DNA of 64,000 nt from Eubacterium sp. (GTDB lineage: Bacteria > Bacillota > Clostridia > Lachnospirales > Lachnospiraceae): positions 35,207-99,206 of the forward strand of contig JAGBBZ010000034.1 in the NCBI GenBank assembly GCA_017938215.1. The letters run 5' to 3'. The notes beneath the pieces were generated by a model. It searched no databases. It was not told the DNA's origin and saw only the letters and a program-made list of their open reading frames with translations. This document shows, in pieces, positions 1 to 11,040 of the stretch. Made by a program: the position numbers and the translations under genes. Position 1 is the first letter of the stretch. Every line of letters starts with the position of its first letter.

Positions 1-67
1 AGCTTATGGGGGAATTCGGTCTATGCATAACGATGTATGAAGAGTGACGAGGTGATTTCGAATGGAA

Positions 68-101
68 AAAACAGGAGAGTGGTTTCCCATTCTCCTGTTT
101 T
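68..101. terminator. Rho-independent terminator, probably bidirectional
   Basis: AAAACAGGAGAGTGG-tttc-CCATTCTCCTGTTTT: 15-bp stem with one G.T pair and A/T tails on both sides, just past the stop of the minus-strand MCP gene. Confidence 0.8.
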
Positions 102-119
102 GTATTCGGTCATTTTTCA

Positions 120-2228
120 TTACATCCGTTCTGCTACATAATCCCGAATCATTAAGTTGTCTATCGGCATACGGCAACCCACGATATAAGTTCCGTGATC
201 ATTGGTGGAGCGAATGATGGTTGCGGGCAGAGGATTGATCGCAGTAAAATCAGAACCATGAATGGAAAGTTCGATTTGGCGTCCGATTGGGTTGGCGAAC
301 TCGTCAGCATCGCAAGCAAAAGCATAGCCTCCAGCAGATAGATTTACCATAGTTCCCACATAAGAGGTATGGGTATCTTGTATCGTGATTTCACAACGAT
401 TGCTCAGTGGTAATCGCGGATATTTTCGACGATTCATTACTTTAGGATTGGTTGTGATGAGAAGTTTGTAATACTCATCTCCGTTATGCTTTGGTTTTAT
501 AATAGAAATATTATCCCAAATATATAAGGAGTTGTTAACGATAATGCGAACGCGATACAACTGATTGTGGCCGTTCTGATTCACTAGATCCTGAGCTTGT
601 TCGGTAGCATGGATAAGGATACCATCGTCTAGTGTCTCAGCAACCTCTGTTTTATATCCGGCATTGTCGTCATCGAGTTGATTTGGTGTGGTGAGGCGAA
701 GAGACATGCCAATTTCGATGTCTTTTAATCCCATAAAACCACCTTGACCAAGCTCTTCCACCAGTTTTCCGACGATGGATTCGATGTTGTTAACATTTCT
801 GGAAGTTTCCACATATTTGCTTAACATAGTTTTAGTAGTAGTTTCAGAGTTGTCCACACATGTTGTCATAGTACTCATGATATTTTTTACTTGTTTCATA
901 TTGTCTACCATGATTTTGTTGGAGTCGTCCACGCTCTGAATGGCACTATCCACTGTTTGGATTTCTGATTCCAATTGCTTGGAGTCTTCCGCAATGGTTT
1001 CTACGCTTGTATTAACTACTTTCATTTTTTCAATGATTTCATTCATGGACTGAAGGATGGTGGTAATGGAATTGGTCATTTGGCTGGAAGTTGCTTCCAA
1101 ATGCGACAATGCATCCATAATGCTGGTGGAAGAGTTCTGAGTTCCCATACTTAAATTACGAATTTCATCAGCCACTACCGCAAAGCCTTTACCGGCATCT
1201 CCGGCTCTGGCTGCTTCGATGGAAGCATTAAGGGCTAGGAGATTGGTCTGAGAAGAGATGTTCTCAATGGTACCGGTTTCTTCTTTTACCATTTCAAACT
1301 GTTGCTGGAACTCGCATAAAAGATTTTCTACGTCTTGAGAGAGTCCCTGCATTATGTTTGTGGTTTCTACTACATGAGATAATTCAGTGGAACTTGTAGT
1401 AGCGTGAACGGCAGATTTTTGGGTGATTTCAACGATGTGGTTGGTGAGTTCTGCTACGTGCTCCACTTGATGGTTAATATCTTCTGACATTTCTAGGGAG
1501 GAATCTACTTTTTCGTTCAATGTTTCATTGTTTCCGGATAATTCTTCCATGCTTTGTACTACGGTATTGGCACCGTCGCGATTTTCGTCGGACAATTCGC
1601 GAACAACCGTCATGCCATCTACGATGGAAGAACTTGCTACTTTTACGGTATCGATGGTATTTACCACACGCTTTAAGTTTTCTTCTACGGAGGAAAGCAT
1701 TGCACCATCGGAGAATTTTAAGTGATTGATGGATAAAATAAATCCAACATAACAAAGCAAGGTGGCAAGTATCTGGATTTCAAAATCGGTAATGTCCGTA
1801 GGAGCATTGAAGCCACTTAAATAGCGTTTGATAATGGAGGCGATGATTGCCAATATGGCAAGAATACCATAGCGGACAAAGTAAGTCCGGTTTTTGTACA
1901 GCACCATCATACTGGAAAGTGGCAGTATGTACATAACGGTAAGTGTCGTATTGGTTGTCATCAATACAAAGGTATAAAAAATCGTATAGCTGATCGCAAT
2001 CAATTCACGAAAATACGGGCTTCCACCACCTTTGACTTTCAAAAGGATTTGTCCTGCGATAAAAGGTCCCCAAGCTAACGTCATAAAGACTAGGTAATAG
2101 GGGACTGTTCGCAACCCACGAAATACTTCGATGGTGTAAGCCAGGGTCATCACAGTGTTGATCAGTGCCCATACAGCCGCTGCTTTTCGGTTTGCGCTTC
2201 GGTCAAAAAATTCTTTGTTGTATTCCAT
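120..2228 (-). CDS. Methyl-accepting chemotaxis protein with C-terminal PilZ domain
   Basis: About five N-terminal hydrophobic helices; MCP hairpin signature [37 protein letters not shown]; C-terminal RRKYPR (RxxxR) and NLSAGG (D/NxSxxG) PilZ motifs. Confidence 0.9.
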   Translation of the reverse strand: MEYNKEFFDRSANRKAAAVWALINTVMTLAYTIEVFRGLRTVPYYLVFMTLAWGPFIAGQILLKVKGGGSPYFRELIAISYTIFYTFVLMTTNTTLTVMYILPLSSMMVLYKNRTYFVRYGILAILAIIASIIKRYLSGFNAPTDITDFEIQILATLLCYVGFILSINHLKFSDGAMLSSVEENLKRVVNTIDTVKVASSSIVDGMTVVRELSDENRDGANTVVQSMEELSGNNETLNEKVDSSLEMSEDINHQVEHVAELTNHIVEITQKSAVHATTSSTELSHVVETTNIMQGLSQDVENLLCEFQQQFEMVKEETGTIENISSQTNLLALNASIEAARAGDAGKGFAVVADEIRNLSMGTQNSSTSIMDALSHLEATSSQMTNSITTILQSMNEIIEKMKVVNTSVETIAEDSKQLESEIQTVDSAIQSVDDSNKIMVDNMKQVKNIMSTMTTCVDNSETTTKTMLSKYVETSRNVNNIESIVGKLVEELGQGGFMGLKDIEIGMSLRLTTPNQLDDDNAGYKTEVAETLDDGILIHATEQAQDLVNQNGHNQLYRVRIIVNNSLYIWDNISIIKPKHNGDEYYKLLITTNPKVMNRRKYPRLPLSNRCEITIQDTHTSYVGTMVNLSAGGYAFACDADEFANPIGRQIELSIHGSDFTAINPLPATIIRSTNDHGTYIVGCRMPIDNLMIRDYVAERM

Positions 2229-2266
2229 AATATATCGTCCTTTCTCAAATGAATTTTCTTAGAATA

Positions 2267-2277
2267 ATTATACCACA
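2267..2277 (-). promoter_or_regulatory. Extended -10 sigmaA-type promoter element for the MCP gene
   Basis: Minus strand reads TGTGGTATAAT (TGnTATAAT) about 40 nt upstream of the start codon; no good -35. Confidence 0.5.
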
Positions 2278-2310
2278 AAATATGTGGAAGATATAGTTAT
2301 TTTTGTGTTT

Positions 2311-2339
2311 TTGACACTGAAATCATTGTGTGATATGAT
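2311..2339 (+). promoter_or_regulatory. SigmaA promoter of the phosphorylase gene
   Basis: TTGACA-17 nt-TATGAT with TG extended -10. Confidence 0.75.
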
Positions 2340-2371
2340 AAAAGGGAGATTACGTAGAAAAGAGGATTGTT

Positions 2372-4621
2372 ATGATCACTGAATTTGTGAAAAAAAGATA
2401 TGGAAAAGGGCTGGAAAAATGCACCGATATGGAAGTGTACCATGCGCTCCTTGCCATGACCAATCAAATGGCAGTAGAAAAGAAGACGGATACAGGAAAG
2501 AAAAAATTGTACTATATTTCCGCAGAATTTTTAATCGGAAAGCTTTTGAGCAATAACCTGATCAATCTGGGGATTTATGAGGAAATCAAGGCAGAGTTAA
2601 AGGAAGCGGGAAAGAAGCTTGCTAGCATTGAAGAGTTGGAACCAGAACCATCCTTAGGAAATGGTGGTTTGGGACGTTTGGCAGCTTGCTTTTTGGATTC
2701 TATGGCGACACTTGGATTGCCAGGAGATGGAATTGGTTTGAACTATCATTTCGGATTGTTTCGTCAGGTATTTAAGAAGCGCTTGCAAAAAGAAGTGCCA
2801 AATCCATGGATCGAGGATGACAGTTGGCTTATTAAGAGTGAACGCAAATATAAGGTTTCTTTCGGGAAATGCAAAGTTACTTCTACTTTATATGAGGTGT
2901 TGGTGACAGGGTATGATAACCGCACCAATACCCTTCATTTGTTTGACGTGGATTCTGTGGATGAAGGAATGGTGAAGAAGGGGATTGACTTTGACAAAGA
3001 AGATATCCGGAAGAATCTTACCTTATTTTTGTATCCGGACGACAGCGATGATGCAGGTCGTTTGCTCCGCGTATATCAGCAGTATTTTATGGTGAGCAAT
3101 GCGGCGCAACTCATACTGGATGAGGCGAAGGAACGCGGAAGTAACCTTCATGACCTTCCAGAGTATGTGGCGATTCAGATTAATGACACCCATCCATCTA
3201 TGGTGATTCCAGAGCTGATTCGTCTGCTTTTGGAAGAGGGAATCAATATGGATGAAGCCATGGATATCGCTACGAAAACTTGTGCATATACGAATCACAC
3301 GATTCTTTCCGAGGCACTGGAAAAGTGGCCATTGGCATTTATCGAGAAGGTGGCGCCACAGATTGTACCGATTATTCGCGAATTGGATTTGTGCGTAAAG
3401 GATAAGTACGATGACGAGACGGTGCACATTATCGATGAAGAAGATCGAGTGCATATGGCGCATATGGATATGCATTATGGACACAGTGTAAATGGTGTGG
3501 CATATCTTCACACAGAAATTTTGAAAAACAATGAGTTGAATGCTTTTTACAAAATTTATCCAGAGAAGTTCAATAACAAAACAAATGGTATTACGTTCCG
3601 TCGCTGGTTGTTGCACTGTAACAAGCCATTGGCAGCCTTTTTGGAAGAAACCATCGGGGATGGATTTAAGAAGGATGCGATGCAGTTGGAAAGACTGCTT
3701 GAATTTCAGCAGGATGAAGAAGTGGCCAAGAAACTATTGGCCATCAAGGCGGATAATAAACATAAATTGGTCAAATATTTGAAGCGGACGCAGGATATTA
3801 AACTAAATGAAAATTCGATTTTTGACATTCAGATCAAGCGATTGCATGAGTACAAGCGCCAGCAGCTGAATGCCCTGTATGCCATTCACAAATATTTGGA
3901 GATTAAGGCTGGAAAGAAACCGGATACGCCGATTACGATGATTTTTGGAGCAAAAGCGGCACCGGCGTATACCATTGCCAAGGATATTATTCACTTGATT
4001 TTGTGTTTACAGAAGATAGTGAATAAGGACAAGGATGTGAAGCCATATTTAAATATCGTTATGGTGGAAAATTACAATGTGACTTTGGCAGAAAAGCTCA
4101 TTCCGGCATGTGATATATCGGAGCAGATTTCGCTTGCATCCAAGGAAGCTAGTGGAACGGGAAATATGAAGTTTATGTTAAATGGTGCGGTGACGTTGGG
4201 AACCGAGGACGGAGCCAATGTAGAGATTCACGAGCTGGTAGGCGATGATAATATTTACATTTTCGGCGAGGATAGTGACACGGTAATTGCCCGTTATGAG
4301 AGAGGGGATTATTGTTCCAGAGATTATTATGAGAAAAATCCGGATTTGAAGCGCGCGGTTGATTTTATTGTGAGCAAGAAAATGATGAAAGTCGGGAAGA
4401 AAAAATCCTTGACCAGACTTTACGAGGAGCTTCTGAACAAGGATTGGTTTATGACATTCCCGGACTACGAAGCTTATGTTGCCACAAAGGAAAAAGCCTA
4501 TAGCGACTACAAGGATCGGCAGGCATGGGCGAAGAAAATGCTTGTAAATATTGCGAAAGCAGGATTCTTTTCATCCGATCGTACCATTGCTCAGTACAAT
4601 GATGATATTTGGCATTTATAG
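2372..4621 (+). CDS. glgP: Glycogen/maltodextrin phosphorylase (GT35)
   Basis: [34 protein letters not shown] and PLP-lysine motif [10 protein letters not shown]. Confidence 0.95.
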   Translation: MITEFVKKRYGKGLEKCTDMEVYHALLAMTNQMAVEKKTDTGKKKLYYISAEFLIGKLLSNNLINLGIYEEIKAELKEAGKKLASIEELEPEPSLGNGGLGRLAACFLDSMATLGLPGDGIGLNYHFGLFRQVFKKRLQKEVPNPWIEDDSWLIKSERKYKVSFGKCKVTSTLYEVLVTGYDNRTNTLHLFDVDSVDEGMVKKGIDFDKEDIRKNLTLFLYPDDSDDAGRLLRVYQQYFMVSNAAQLILDEAKERGSNLHDLPEYVAIQINDTHPSMVIPELIRLLLEEGINMDEAMDIATKTCAYTNHTILSEALEKWPLAFIEKVAPQIVPIIRELDLCVKDKYDDETVHIIDEEDRVHMAHMDMHYGHSVNGVAYLHTEILKNNELNAFYKIYPEKFNNKTNGITFRRWLLHCNKPLAAFLEETIGDGFKKDAMQLERLLEFQQDEEVAKKLLAIKADNKHKLVKYLKRTQDIKLNENSIFDIQIKRLHEYKRQQLNALYAIHKYLEIKAGKKPDTPITMIFGAKAAPAYTIAKDIIHLILCLQKIVNKDKDVKPYLNIVMVENYNVTLAEKLIPACDISEQISLASKEASGTGNMKFMLNGAVTLGTEDGANVEIHELVGDDNIYIFGEDSDTVIARYERGDYCSRDYYEKNPDLKRAVDFIVSKKMMKVGKKKSLTRLYEELLNKDWFMTFPDYEAYVATKEKAYSDYKDRQAWAKKMLVNIAKAGFFSSDRTIAQYNDDIWHL

Positions 4622-5482
4622 TACGAGACGTTGGACATCCAAAAGTCCCCAGCCTTGGATGCTGTGAGGTTGATGAAGATCGATGCAGCTTTTTTTGAGG
4701 CGGATTTTTACGTCTTTTGGTGTGAGAGACGGGGCCGTTGATAGAAGGAGAGCGATGCTTCCACTGACAACAGGTGTTGCCATGGAGGTGCCGCTCTTTT
4801 TGGTGTAAACTTTTCCAGTTGGGTATAAGTGACAGCAGCTATTAATCTGGTGACCGGGGGTTACCACATCTGGTTTTTTGATGCATTGAGTGGTGGGGCC
4901 AATGCTGGAGGTGGATTGTTTGCTGACATAACCAACCGTAATGATTTTTCGGCTATTTCCCGGGGCGCTGATGCTATAGGATTTTGGCCCTTTGTTGCCG
5001 GCAGATGCCACCACCACAAGTCCTAAGTCCCAGAGAGAATTTACTTTTTGTACGAATTTGGAAGTTTCGGAAAAGCGTTTTCCGTCCAACGCGCCTACGG
5101 ATATATTTACAATGCGGATGTTATAACGAAACCGATTTTCGATGACCCAGTCGATGCCGGAAGTAATATGGGATACCATTCCTTCACCATATCGATCCAA
5201 AATTTTTACGGATATAATATTTGCTTCCGGAGCGATACCACAAAAGGTGCCATGACTTACTGTTCCGCTACCGGCAGCGATGCCGGCTACATGAGTTCCG
5301 TGACCGTTGTCATCATACGGTTCGGGTTTATGTAGGACCGTATCGTGCCAACCGATAATACGATCTCCGAAGTCCGGGTGCTTGCAAATTCCGCTGTCTA
5401 AAATAGCGATGCCAATGTGTTTTCCGAGAATGCCTAGCTGATGAACAGGGGGGCAATGGACGATGGAACGAACGTGATTCAT
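4616..5482 (-). CDS. S8 subtilisin-family serine peptidase (AprX-like, no signal peptide)
   Basis: Triad motifs [27 protein letters not shown]. Start moved to the ATG at 5482, which follows a GGAGG RBS. The stop overlaps the glgP stop. Confidence 0.9.
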   Translation of the reverse strand: MNHVRSIVHCPPVHQLGILGKHIGIAILDSGICKHPDFGDRIIGWHDTVLHKPEPYDDNGHGTHVAGIAAGSGTVSHGTFCGIAPEANIISVKILDRYGEGMVSHITSGIDWVIENRFRYNIRIVNISVGALDGKRFSETSKFVQKVNSLWDLGLVVVASAGNKGPKSYSISAPGNSRKIITVGYVSKQSTSSIGPTTQCIKKPDVVTPGHQINSCCHLYPTGKVYTKKSGTSMATPVVSGSIALLLSTAPSLTPKDVKIRLKKSCIDLHQPHSIQGWGLLDVQRLVL

Positions 5483-5510
5483 AGAAACCTCCAGAGCGAC
5501 ATTTACCCTT

Positions 5511-5539
5511 ATCATATGCAAAAAATCTGTTTTTGGAAC
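5511..5539 (-). promoter_or_regulatory. Possible mother-cell sporulation (sigmaE/sigmaK-type) promoter for the S8 peptidase
   Basis: Minus strand CATATGAT matches the CATA---T -10 consensus about 30 nt upstream of the start; -35 match is weak. Confidence 0.35.
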
Positions 5540-5545
5540 GAAAAC

Positions 5546-5575
5546 TTGCGAGATGGGTATCATATGTGTTATACT
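5546..5575 (+). promoter_or_regulatory. SigmaA promoter at the start of the glycopolymer locus
   Basis: TTGCGA-18 nt-TATACT with TG extended -10. Confidence 0.55.
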
Positions 5576-5616
5576 ACAAATAACTATGCGAATTAACCAA
5601 TGTGAGGAATCAGATT

Positions 5617-7725
5617 ATGAAAAAAGCGACAATACGATTAAATGGATCTGCTTACATCAATGATATGGAGTTAGATGAACGATATAAAGTGACCAATGAT
5701 GGACTTTGGATTTCTGTTCTTTCTCTTGTGGGAAACCCAGATGGGGTAACAGTAACGCCACAGGAAGACATGCCACCGGCGTTAGCGTTGAATCTTGGAA
5801 AGAACTATGAAAAGCAGTTGGAAGAGAAACCGACGCAGTATCTTGTTCTTGATTTGTGCTATACGGCTTCTCATGCATTGCTAAAATGGAAGGATCAGGT
5901 GTTTACCAAAAATCCAAGGTTTGTGGCGAGTAAATTTTATCAGGAACATGAGAGTGAGATGGAATTACTGGATGTGCTGCACGATGCTAGTGTAGACTGG
6001 AAGCCATATATGGATGCTTATATTCAGCTGATTTCCAAGTATTACGACAAGGATCATATAATTCTTGTGAAATCCCGTTGCCCAAAGTGGTTTGTGACAC
6101 ATACACATGTAAGACCTTTATTAAAAAAGGATCGAGTGATTTACAATAAGCGCATCAAAGTGATGGAAGATTACTTTGTGGAAAAAGTGGATCCTTATGT
6201 GGTGGATATTTATTCCCATTATTTTGCAAAATATAAAGAGAAAAAAGGGTTCCAGATGTCATTTTATGAGAAGCCTTTTTATCATCATGCAAAGCGCTTG
6301 ATTTCTACGATTATTCGCACAAAGCCAGAGCAGAGAGTATTCTCTGATGCGGAATATTTCATGCGTCTGGGAAGATTTATTAATTATTATAATAATTTAT
6401 TTGCTCGAGAGAGAACGCATTTGCTCATGAATGATGCAGAGTTTTTGGATCATTTGGTTTTACAAATGGGACGTCCGGTTTTGGCGGAATTTGAGACGGA
6501 TCTTGTGGAGATTCAAAAGCGTGGTTATGGAAGTATTGAAGAGATCTTGGAGAAGTATAATTTCAAATTCGCGGAATCTTTGAAAGCTTGTTTGAAAGTG
6601 GTACAAGCAGTGGAAGCTGGTGTGTTGTTCGCAGAGGATGTAGATTATTCTTTTATTAAAACGTACAAAATGAAGATTGTAGAAAGTTTTGCAGAGCTGG
6701 TTCGGGAAGAAGTGGAAGCAAAGAATTGGATTTCTGGAGAAGTTTATGTCAATCGTTTTAATTGTATGGAATATTACAATCTTTTGATGGCGGAGAGAGC
6801 TGGTGCTGCTTCGGTGGCAAAGAAGCAGCTTTTCGCCATTGATGAGGAGATGAAAAATCTTTGGAGACAAAGTAAAAAGCAAAGCGCGAGTGTTTACGAA
6901 AGATGTGCCATTGCTATGAATACGTATTACAAACCGATTCGTGTAGATATATGGGGGTCTGGTATTACAAAAGAGATGCTTACGGAAGACAAGGGAAGAT
7001 TTGTGATTGGCAAATATGTATACCGAAATTGTTTCCTTTTTGCTTTTGATGAGCCAATTCCATATCCAGAGGAGAAGTTTGAGGATTTGACATTGTTCCG
7101 GAAGAAGCAATGGAATATGGAGTATGTACGTGATGCATTGAAAAAAGATTTGCCGGAACAGTTGGATAAGACCGGTTCCGAATGGCTTCTTATCGACTTT
7201 TTTGATTTGGTATGCGGTGTTATGCAGTATAAAGGTGGAACCTTTACGGCGGATGTTCACACCCAGCGTTTCAAGTTCTTTAAGGAAATCGAAAAGGAAT
7301 GTACGCCGTATGCCATCAGTGATCTGCTTTCGGACGACGAGATGAAGCAAAGAATCGGTACGTTTGTTGAGTACATCAAGAAACGATACGGAAAGAACAT
7401 TATCTTTATCCGTGCGCATGTAAAAACGGAGTATTTGAACTTCCGACGTAATTTGAAACCGATTCGTGGACAAAAAGAATCTACGCTTCTTACGAAACGT
7501 AAATTTTTGAACAAATGGCAGAATTATTTTGAAAAACAATTGGATTGTTATGTGATTGATTATGCCAAAAGATATCATGCCGATGATCTGTACGTAACGG
7601 GTGCTTCTATGGTAAATCTTGAGAAAGAGTTCTACGAGAAGGGCTATGAAGCAATGTACAAGATTATGTATGAAGGTAAAAAGAAGAAACGTTATGGTAG
7701 AAAAGAGGGAAAGAATGAGTCGTAG
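5617..7725 (+). CDS. Soluble protein with two tandem DUF6270-like domains
   Basis: Internal duplication: IRLNGSAYINDM...YLVLDLCY...IILVKS...YVVD versus VDIWGSGITKEM...WLLIDFFD...IIFIRA...YVID. GAGGA RBS before the ATG at 5617. The family call is from recall. Confidence 0.6.
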   Translation: MKKATIRLNGSAYINDMELDERYKVTNDGLWISVLSLVGNPDGVTVTPQEDMPPALALNLGKNYEKQLEEKPTQYLVLDLCYTASHALLKWKDQVFTKNPRFVASKFYQEHESEMELLDVLHDASVDWKPYMDAYIQLISKYYDKDHIILVKSRCPKWFVTHTHVRPLLKKDRVIYNKRIKVMEDYFVEKVDPYVVDIYSHYFAKYKEKKGFQMSFYEKPFYHHAKRLISTIIRTKPEQRVFSDAEYFMRLGRFINYYNNLFARERTHLLMNDAEFLDHLVLQMGRPVLAEFETDLVEIQKRGYGSIEEILEKYNFKFAESLKACLKVVQAVEAGVLFAEDVDYSFIKTYKMKIVESFAELVREEVEAKNWISGEVYVNRFNCMEYYNLLMAERAGAASVAKKQLFAIDEEMKNLWRQSKKQSASVYERCAIAMNTYYKPIRVDIWGSGITKEMLTEDKGRFVIGKYVYRNCFLFAFDEPIPYPEEKFEDLTLFRKKQWNMEYVRDALKKDLPEQLDKTGSEWLLIDFFDLVCGVMQYKGGTFTADVHTQRFKFFKEIEKECTPYAISDLLSDDEMKQRIGTFVEYIKKRYGKNIIFIRAHVKTEYLNFRRNLKPIRGQKESTLLTKRKFLNKWQNYFEKQLDCYVIDYAKRYHADDLYVTGASMVNLEKEFYEKGYEAMYKIMYEGKKKKRYGRKEGKNES

Positions 7726-9706
7726 ACTGTTAACTCGTAAAAAAGAAATTGTGTTTGGAGGAATTCTATTTCTTCAAATACTTACGATATTTATATTCAA
7801 TCTGACGCAATTAAAATACATGGCGGATTTTGATGCTAGTTCCGGTATGGTGCAGATTGCGGAAATATGGAGACAGAAAACATTGCTCATCGAAGGCTGG
7901 GAATATCAGACCACGGTGGGCTGGGACATCCCTTTGATTTTTGCAGTGCCATTGTATGGGTTAACGAAAAATGTGTTTTTGTCCATCGGTATCGTAGATA
8001 ATTTGTTTGTCCTTGGTTTTGTGGCAGTGATTTATGACATTTTGAAAAAGAGCGGAATTAAGACGAAAAATATTTTTCTTACGCTTATGTTGTTTTTTAC
8101 ACCGTACACCTTGGGACAGCTGGGGTATGTTCCGATGTTATTTACTTCCACAGCTTCCTATGCAATGAAAGTAATGATTCCATTATTGTTGATTGATTTG
8201 TTTGTTCGATTTGATGCAGGGAAAACATGGAAAAGTAATTGGTTTCCTTTTGTGTGCTTCCTTGGATTTTCCTTTATTTCGGCTGTGTCCTCCGGAGTTT
8301 ACATGTTGATTTGTGGTATTTTTCCTGCGGCGTTATATCTGTTTATTAAGGCAGAATATCGAAACAATCTCAAAGTGTTCTTGTCAAAATATGCGGTATT
8401 AGTTGGGATTGGCATCGCTACTTTTGGAGTGGGAATTGTTGTGGCGGGAGTGATAAAAGTTACAAACACGACTTCTGGTATGATGCTCTTAACAGCTGGT
8501 GAATTTGCCAGTAACGCGTTGGGATGTTTTGCGGGGATTTGGGAGCTCTTCGGAGGAATTCGTAGTCAGTTTCCACCGACGATCATGTCGTTGGAAGGAA
8601 TTGCATGTTTGTTTTGCATTATGATCACTGCGTTATTTCTATTTGTCATTGGATATTATGCAGTGGCTGTCATAAAAGGAAAAGAAAACCGCACTATGAT
8701 TTGCATCGTATTGTGCATTCAGCTTGTGAATATGTGTGTACTTCTTTTGACAGATACCACGTATGCATCGGAAAGCTTTGAGTGTCGTTACCATATCGTG
8801 TCTATGGTGCCCTCCATTTTGTTGATGGGAGCATTTTTCCACGATATGCAGTTCCGCTTGAATGTACTTTGTTATCGAACATTGCTCTTGGCGGTAATGG
8901 TTGGAGTCGTGGTGGTCAGTGCATTCCAGTTTGATGCATATCACAAGCAGATGAAAATGAGCAAGGTGGATCAGTTTTCACAGATTGCACAGACAGCGAA
9001 AGAACACGATGCAGGTTTGATTTATGTGATTTGTCACGACGATTGGTCCTTGGCGGAAGGACGTATTTTACGTGTATGTGATCCGGAGATTTCCGTGGCT
9101 ACGGTAGGTTCTGAATGGACCGGGATCGGCTGGGGGGGAAGTCTTAGACATTTTGAAAATGCCAATTATAAAGGCAAAATTATGGTTATGATTCATGAAT
9201 CTGAGACGGCGAGATTGGATGCCGTGTATATGCCGAGATTACAGGAAGTAGGGCATATTGCAAATTATAAATTGTATGTGGCGCAAGAAAATATCATTGA
9301 CTGTCTCACGGCACTGAATGGTCTTGGTAAAAAATCCGTTGATTTCCCATATTCCACTGGAAATGAGATGACGGGAGTGATTACGTCAAATGGTTTGCTG
9401 AAGGCAGATGACAAGGGGGGCGTTGTGTTGAAAGGAACACATATCCCACCAGTGGAAGGTAGTTATGAAATGACATTGCAGTATCGTACGCCAAAAGAGG
9501 CTATGCCGGGTGCAGTTCTTGGTACTTTCCGCGTGATGGATCAAAATGGAAATGTCATTGGAAGTCAGCCGATTGTAGCTGATGAAAAAGAAACCAATGC
9601 CATTGCATTTTCCCTTCAGGCAGACTCTGGATTGACGCATTATGAAGTGGAAACGATACCTGAGTCTGGAGTTAAGGTGAAAAAGATTGTGACAGTTCGC
9701 AAATGA
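7715..9706 (+). CDS. Polytopic membrane protein, putative GT-C fold glycosyltransferase with extracellular C-terminal domain
   Basis: About 11-12 TM segments; acidic first loop (ADFDAS) after TM1; late-loop RY (ECRY); soluble C-terminal tail. The start overlaps the upstream stop. Confidence 0.6.
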   Translation: MSRRLLTRKKEIVFGGILFLQILTIFIFNLTQLKYMADFDASSGMVQIAEIWRQKTLLIEGWEYQTTVGWDIPLIFAVPLYGLTKNVFLSIGIVDNLFVLGFVAVIYDILKKSGIKTKNIFLTLMLFFTPYTLGQLGYVPMLFTSTASYAMKVMIPLLLIDLFVRFDAGKTWKSNWFPFVCFLGFSFISAVSSGVYMLICGIFPAALYLFIKAEYRNNLKVFLSKYAVLVGIGIATFGVGIVVAGVIKVTNTTSGMMLLTAGEFASNALGCFAGIWELFGGIRSQFPPTIMSLEGIACLFCIMITALFLFVIGYYAVAVIKGKENRTMICIVLCIQLVNMCVLLLTDTTYASESFECRYHIVSMVPSILLMGAFFHDMQFRLNVLCYRTLLLAVMVGVVVVSAFQFDAYHKQMKMSKVDQFSQIAQTAKEHDAGLIYVICHDDWSLAEGRILRVCDPEISVATVGSEWTGIGWGGSLRHFENANYKGKIMVMIHESETARLDAVYMPRLQEVGHIANYKLYVAQENIIDCLTALNGLGKKSVDFPYSTGNEMTGVITSNGLLKADDKGGVVLKGTHIPPVEGSYEMTLQYRTPKEAMPGAVLGTFRVMDQNGNVIGSQPIVADEKETNAIAFSLQADSGLTHYEVETIPESGVKVKKIVTVRK

Positions 9707-9739
9707 TAAGAAATGGAAAGCAGAGAGGAAATTGGAACA

Positions 9740-10963
9740 ATGATTTCAAAAAAGCAGTTTTATGAATGGGCATTTATTGCGATAATCGGAGCATCGTTTC
9801 TGATGTGGTTGGTGGGGATTTTTAAGGATGGCTCAATAAGTCAGCAGTTCAATGTATTTTTCTTGAGTTGTGGAGATTTTTTTGCGGACACCTTCAATGT
9901 TATGGGCTACTCTTCACAGCGAGATGTGTACCATAATATGATGTATACCGGTTTGGGGGAAAAGGCTTACCCACCATTGACTTACGTGGGCACGTATTTA
10001 TTGTCCCGCTTGGTGGGAATGGATAAGTACTGGGCAATGAATGACTTTCGATTGATGTATATGGAACCGAAGCTCATGATCATTCTTATGATCTTTATGG
10101 CGGTAACAGCCGTTATGGTATATGAAGTGATTCGTAGTTGCAAGACTGGAAGTAAAGCGGTTAAGATTTGTACGGCTGCAGCAGTTCTTGTGTCGGCGCC
10201 GATGTTGTATTCTTTCGAACGAGGAAATACCATTATCCTGACTATGTTTTTTACAATGCTGTTTCTGTTCTACTATGATAGCGAAAACAAAATCATGAAA
10301 GAAATCGCGTTGATCTCGCTGGCGGTGGCCGTGGCGCTGAAGATGACGCCGGCAGTACTTGGAATTCTTCTTCTATATAAGAAACAATGGAAAGAGGCAG
10401 CCCGGGCCGTGCTTTATGGAATTGTTATTGGAATCGGACCATTTCTTTTCTTTGAAGGTGGATTGGAAAATATCCCGCAGATGTTTTCCAATATGCAGGC
10501 CAACCTGGCAAGCTACACCAGTGATGACGGTTGTACATTGATGGCAAGCGTTTTGAGTTTTACAAAAACTGCAGGCGAAGGACTTCGCATGGTGGTGAAA
10601 GTATTGACTTATGTAGTAAGTGTTGCGTTTTTGGTGTTGGCACCGATGTTTGAAAAACGTTGGGAGCAGATTATGGCAGTTTCCATGGTGTTAATTATAC
10701 TGCCATCTCATTCTGGTTATTATTGTATTTTGTATTTGATTCCGGCGATGATTGCTTTTTTGAACGATGAAAAACACAAAAAAACGGACTTGATTGTTTT
10801 GGTAGCACTCTTGTTTATTATGATGACGGTGCAAAGTGGTGTCGGAACTTTGGTTGCGAATTACCACACAGCAATTTTGTTGATTTGTGCCTTTTTGCTT
10901 GTTCGCGGCGTGGTGCAAGCAAAGAGATGCCTTGTTGATGGGTTGACAACAAAACAAAACTAG
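9740..10963 (+). CDS. GT87 (DUF2029) family polyprenol-phosphate-sugar-dependent glycosyltransferase
   Basis: DF...YPP, SAPMLYSFERGN and ALKMTP motifs; about 10 TM segments. Alternative start at 9713. Confidence 0.75.
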   Translation: MISKKQFYEWAFIAIIGASFLMWLVGIFKDGSISQQFNVFFLSCGDFFADTFNVMGYSSQRDVYHNMMYTGLGEKAYPPLTYVGTYLLSRLVGMDKYWAMNDFRLMYMEPKLMIILMIFMAVTAVMVYEVIRSCKTGSKAVKICTAAAVLVSAPMLYSFERGNTIILTMFFTMLFLFYYDSENKIMKEIALISLAVAVALKMTPAVLGILLLYKKQWKEAARAVLYGIVIGIGPFLFFEGGLENIPQMFSNMQANLASYTSDDGCTLMASVLSFTKTAGEGLRMVVKVLTYVVSVAFLVLAPMFEKRWEQIMAVSMVLIILPSHSGYYCILYLIPAMIAFLNDEKHKKTDLIVLVALLFIMMTVQSGVGTLVANYHTAILLICAFLLVRGVVQAKRCLVDGLTTKQN

Positions 10964-10971
10964 CTTATACT
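10943..10971 (+). promoter_or_regulatory. SigmaA promoter for rfbFGH, overlapping the end of the GT87 gene
   Basis: TTGACA-17 nt-TATACT. Confidence 0.7.
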
Positions 10972-11040
10972 GATTGAATGTGTAAGTGGGTAAAATTATA
11001 TTGCAAGATTTTTAAGGTGATGAGAACAGGAGGAAGAAAA

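Noticed and set aside
6460-7578. Long antisense ORFs (also 12726-13757, 21336-22223, 23238-24239, 36856-37587, 58885-59769 and many shorter ones)
   Set aside because: They lie opposite well-supported genes, show no recognisable motifs and are explained by sense-strand codon bias
9132-9138. G7 run in the GT-C-like gene as a phase-variation tract
   Set aside because: Short, in frame and explained by Trp-Gly-Gly codons; no frameshifted gene is visible in the locus
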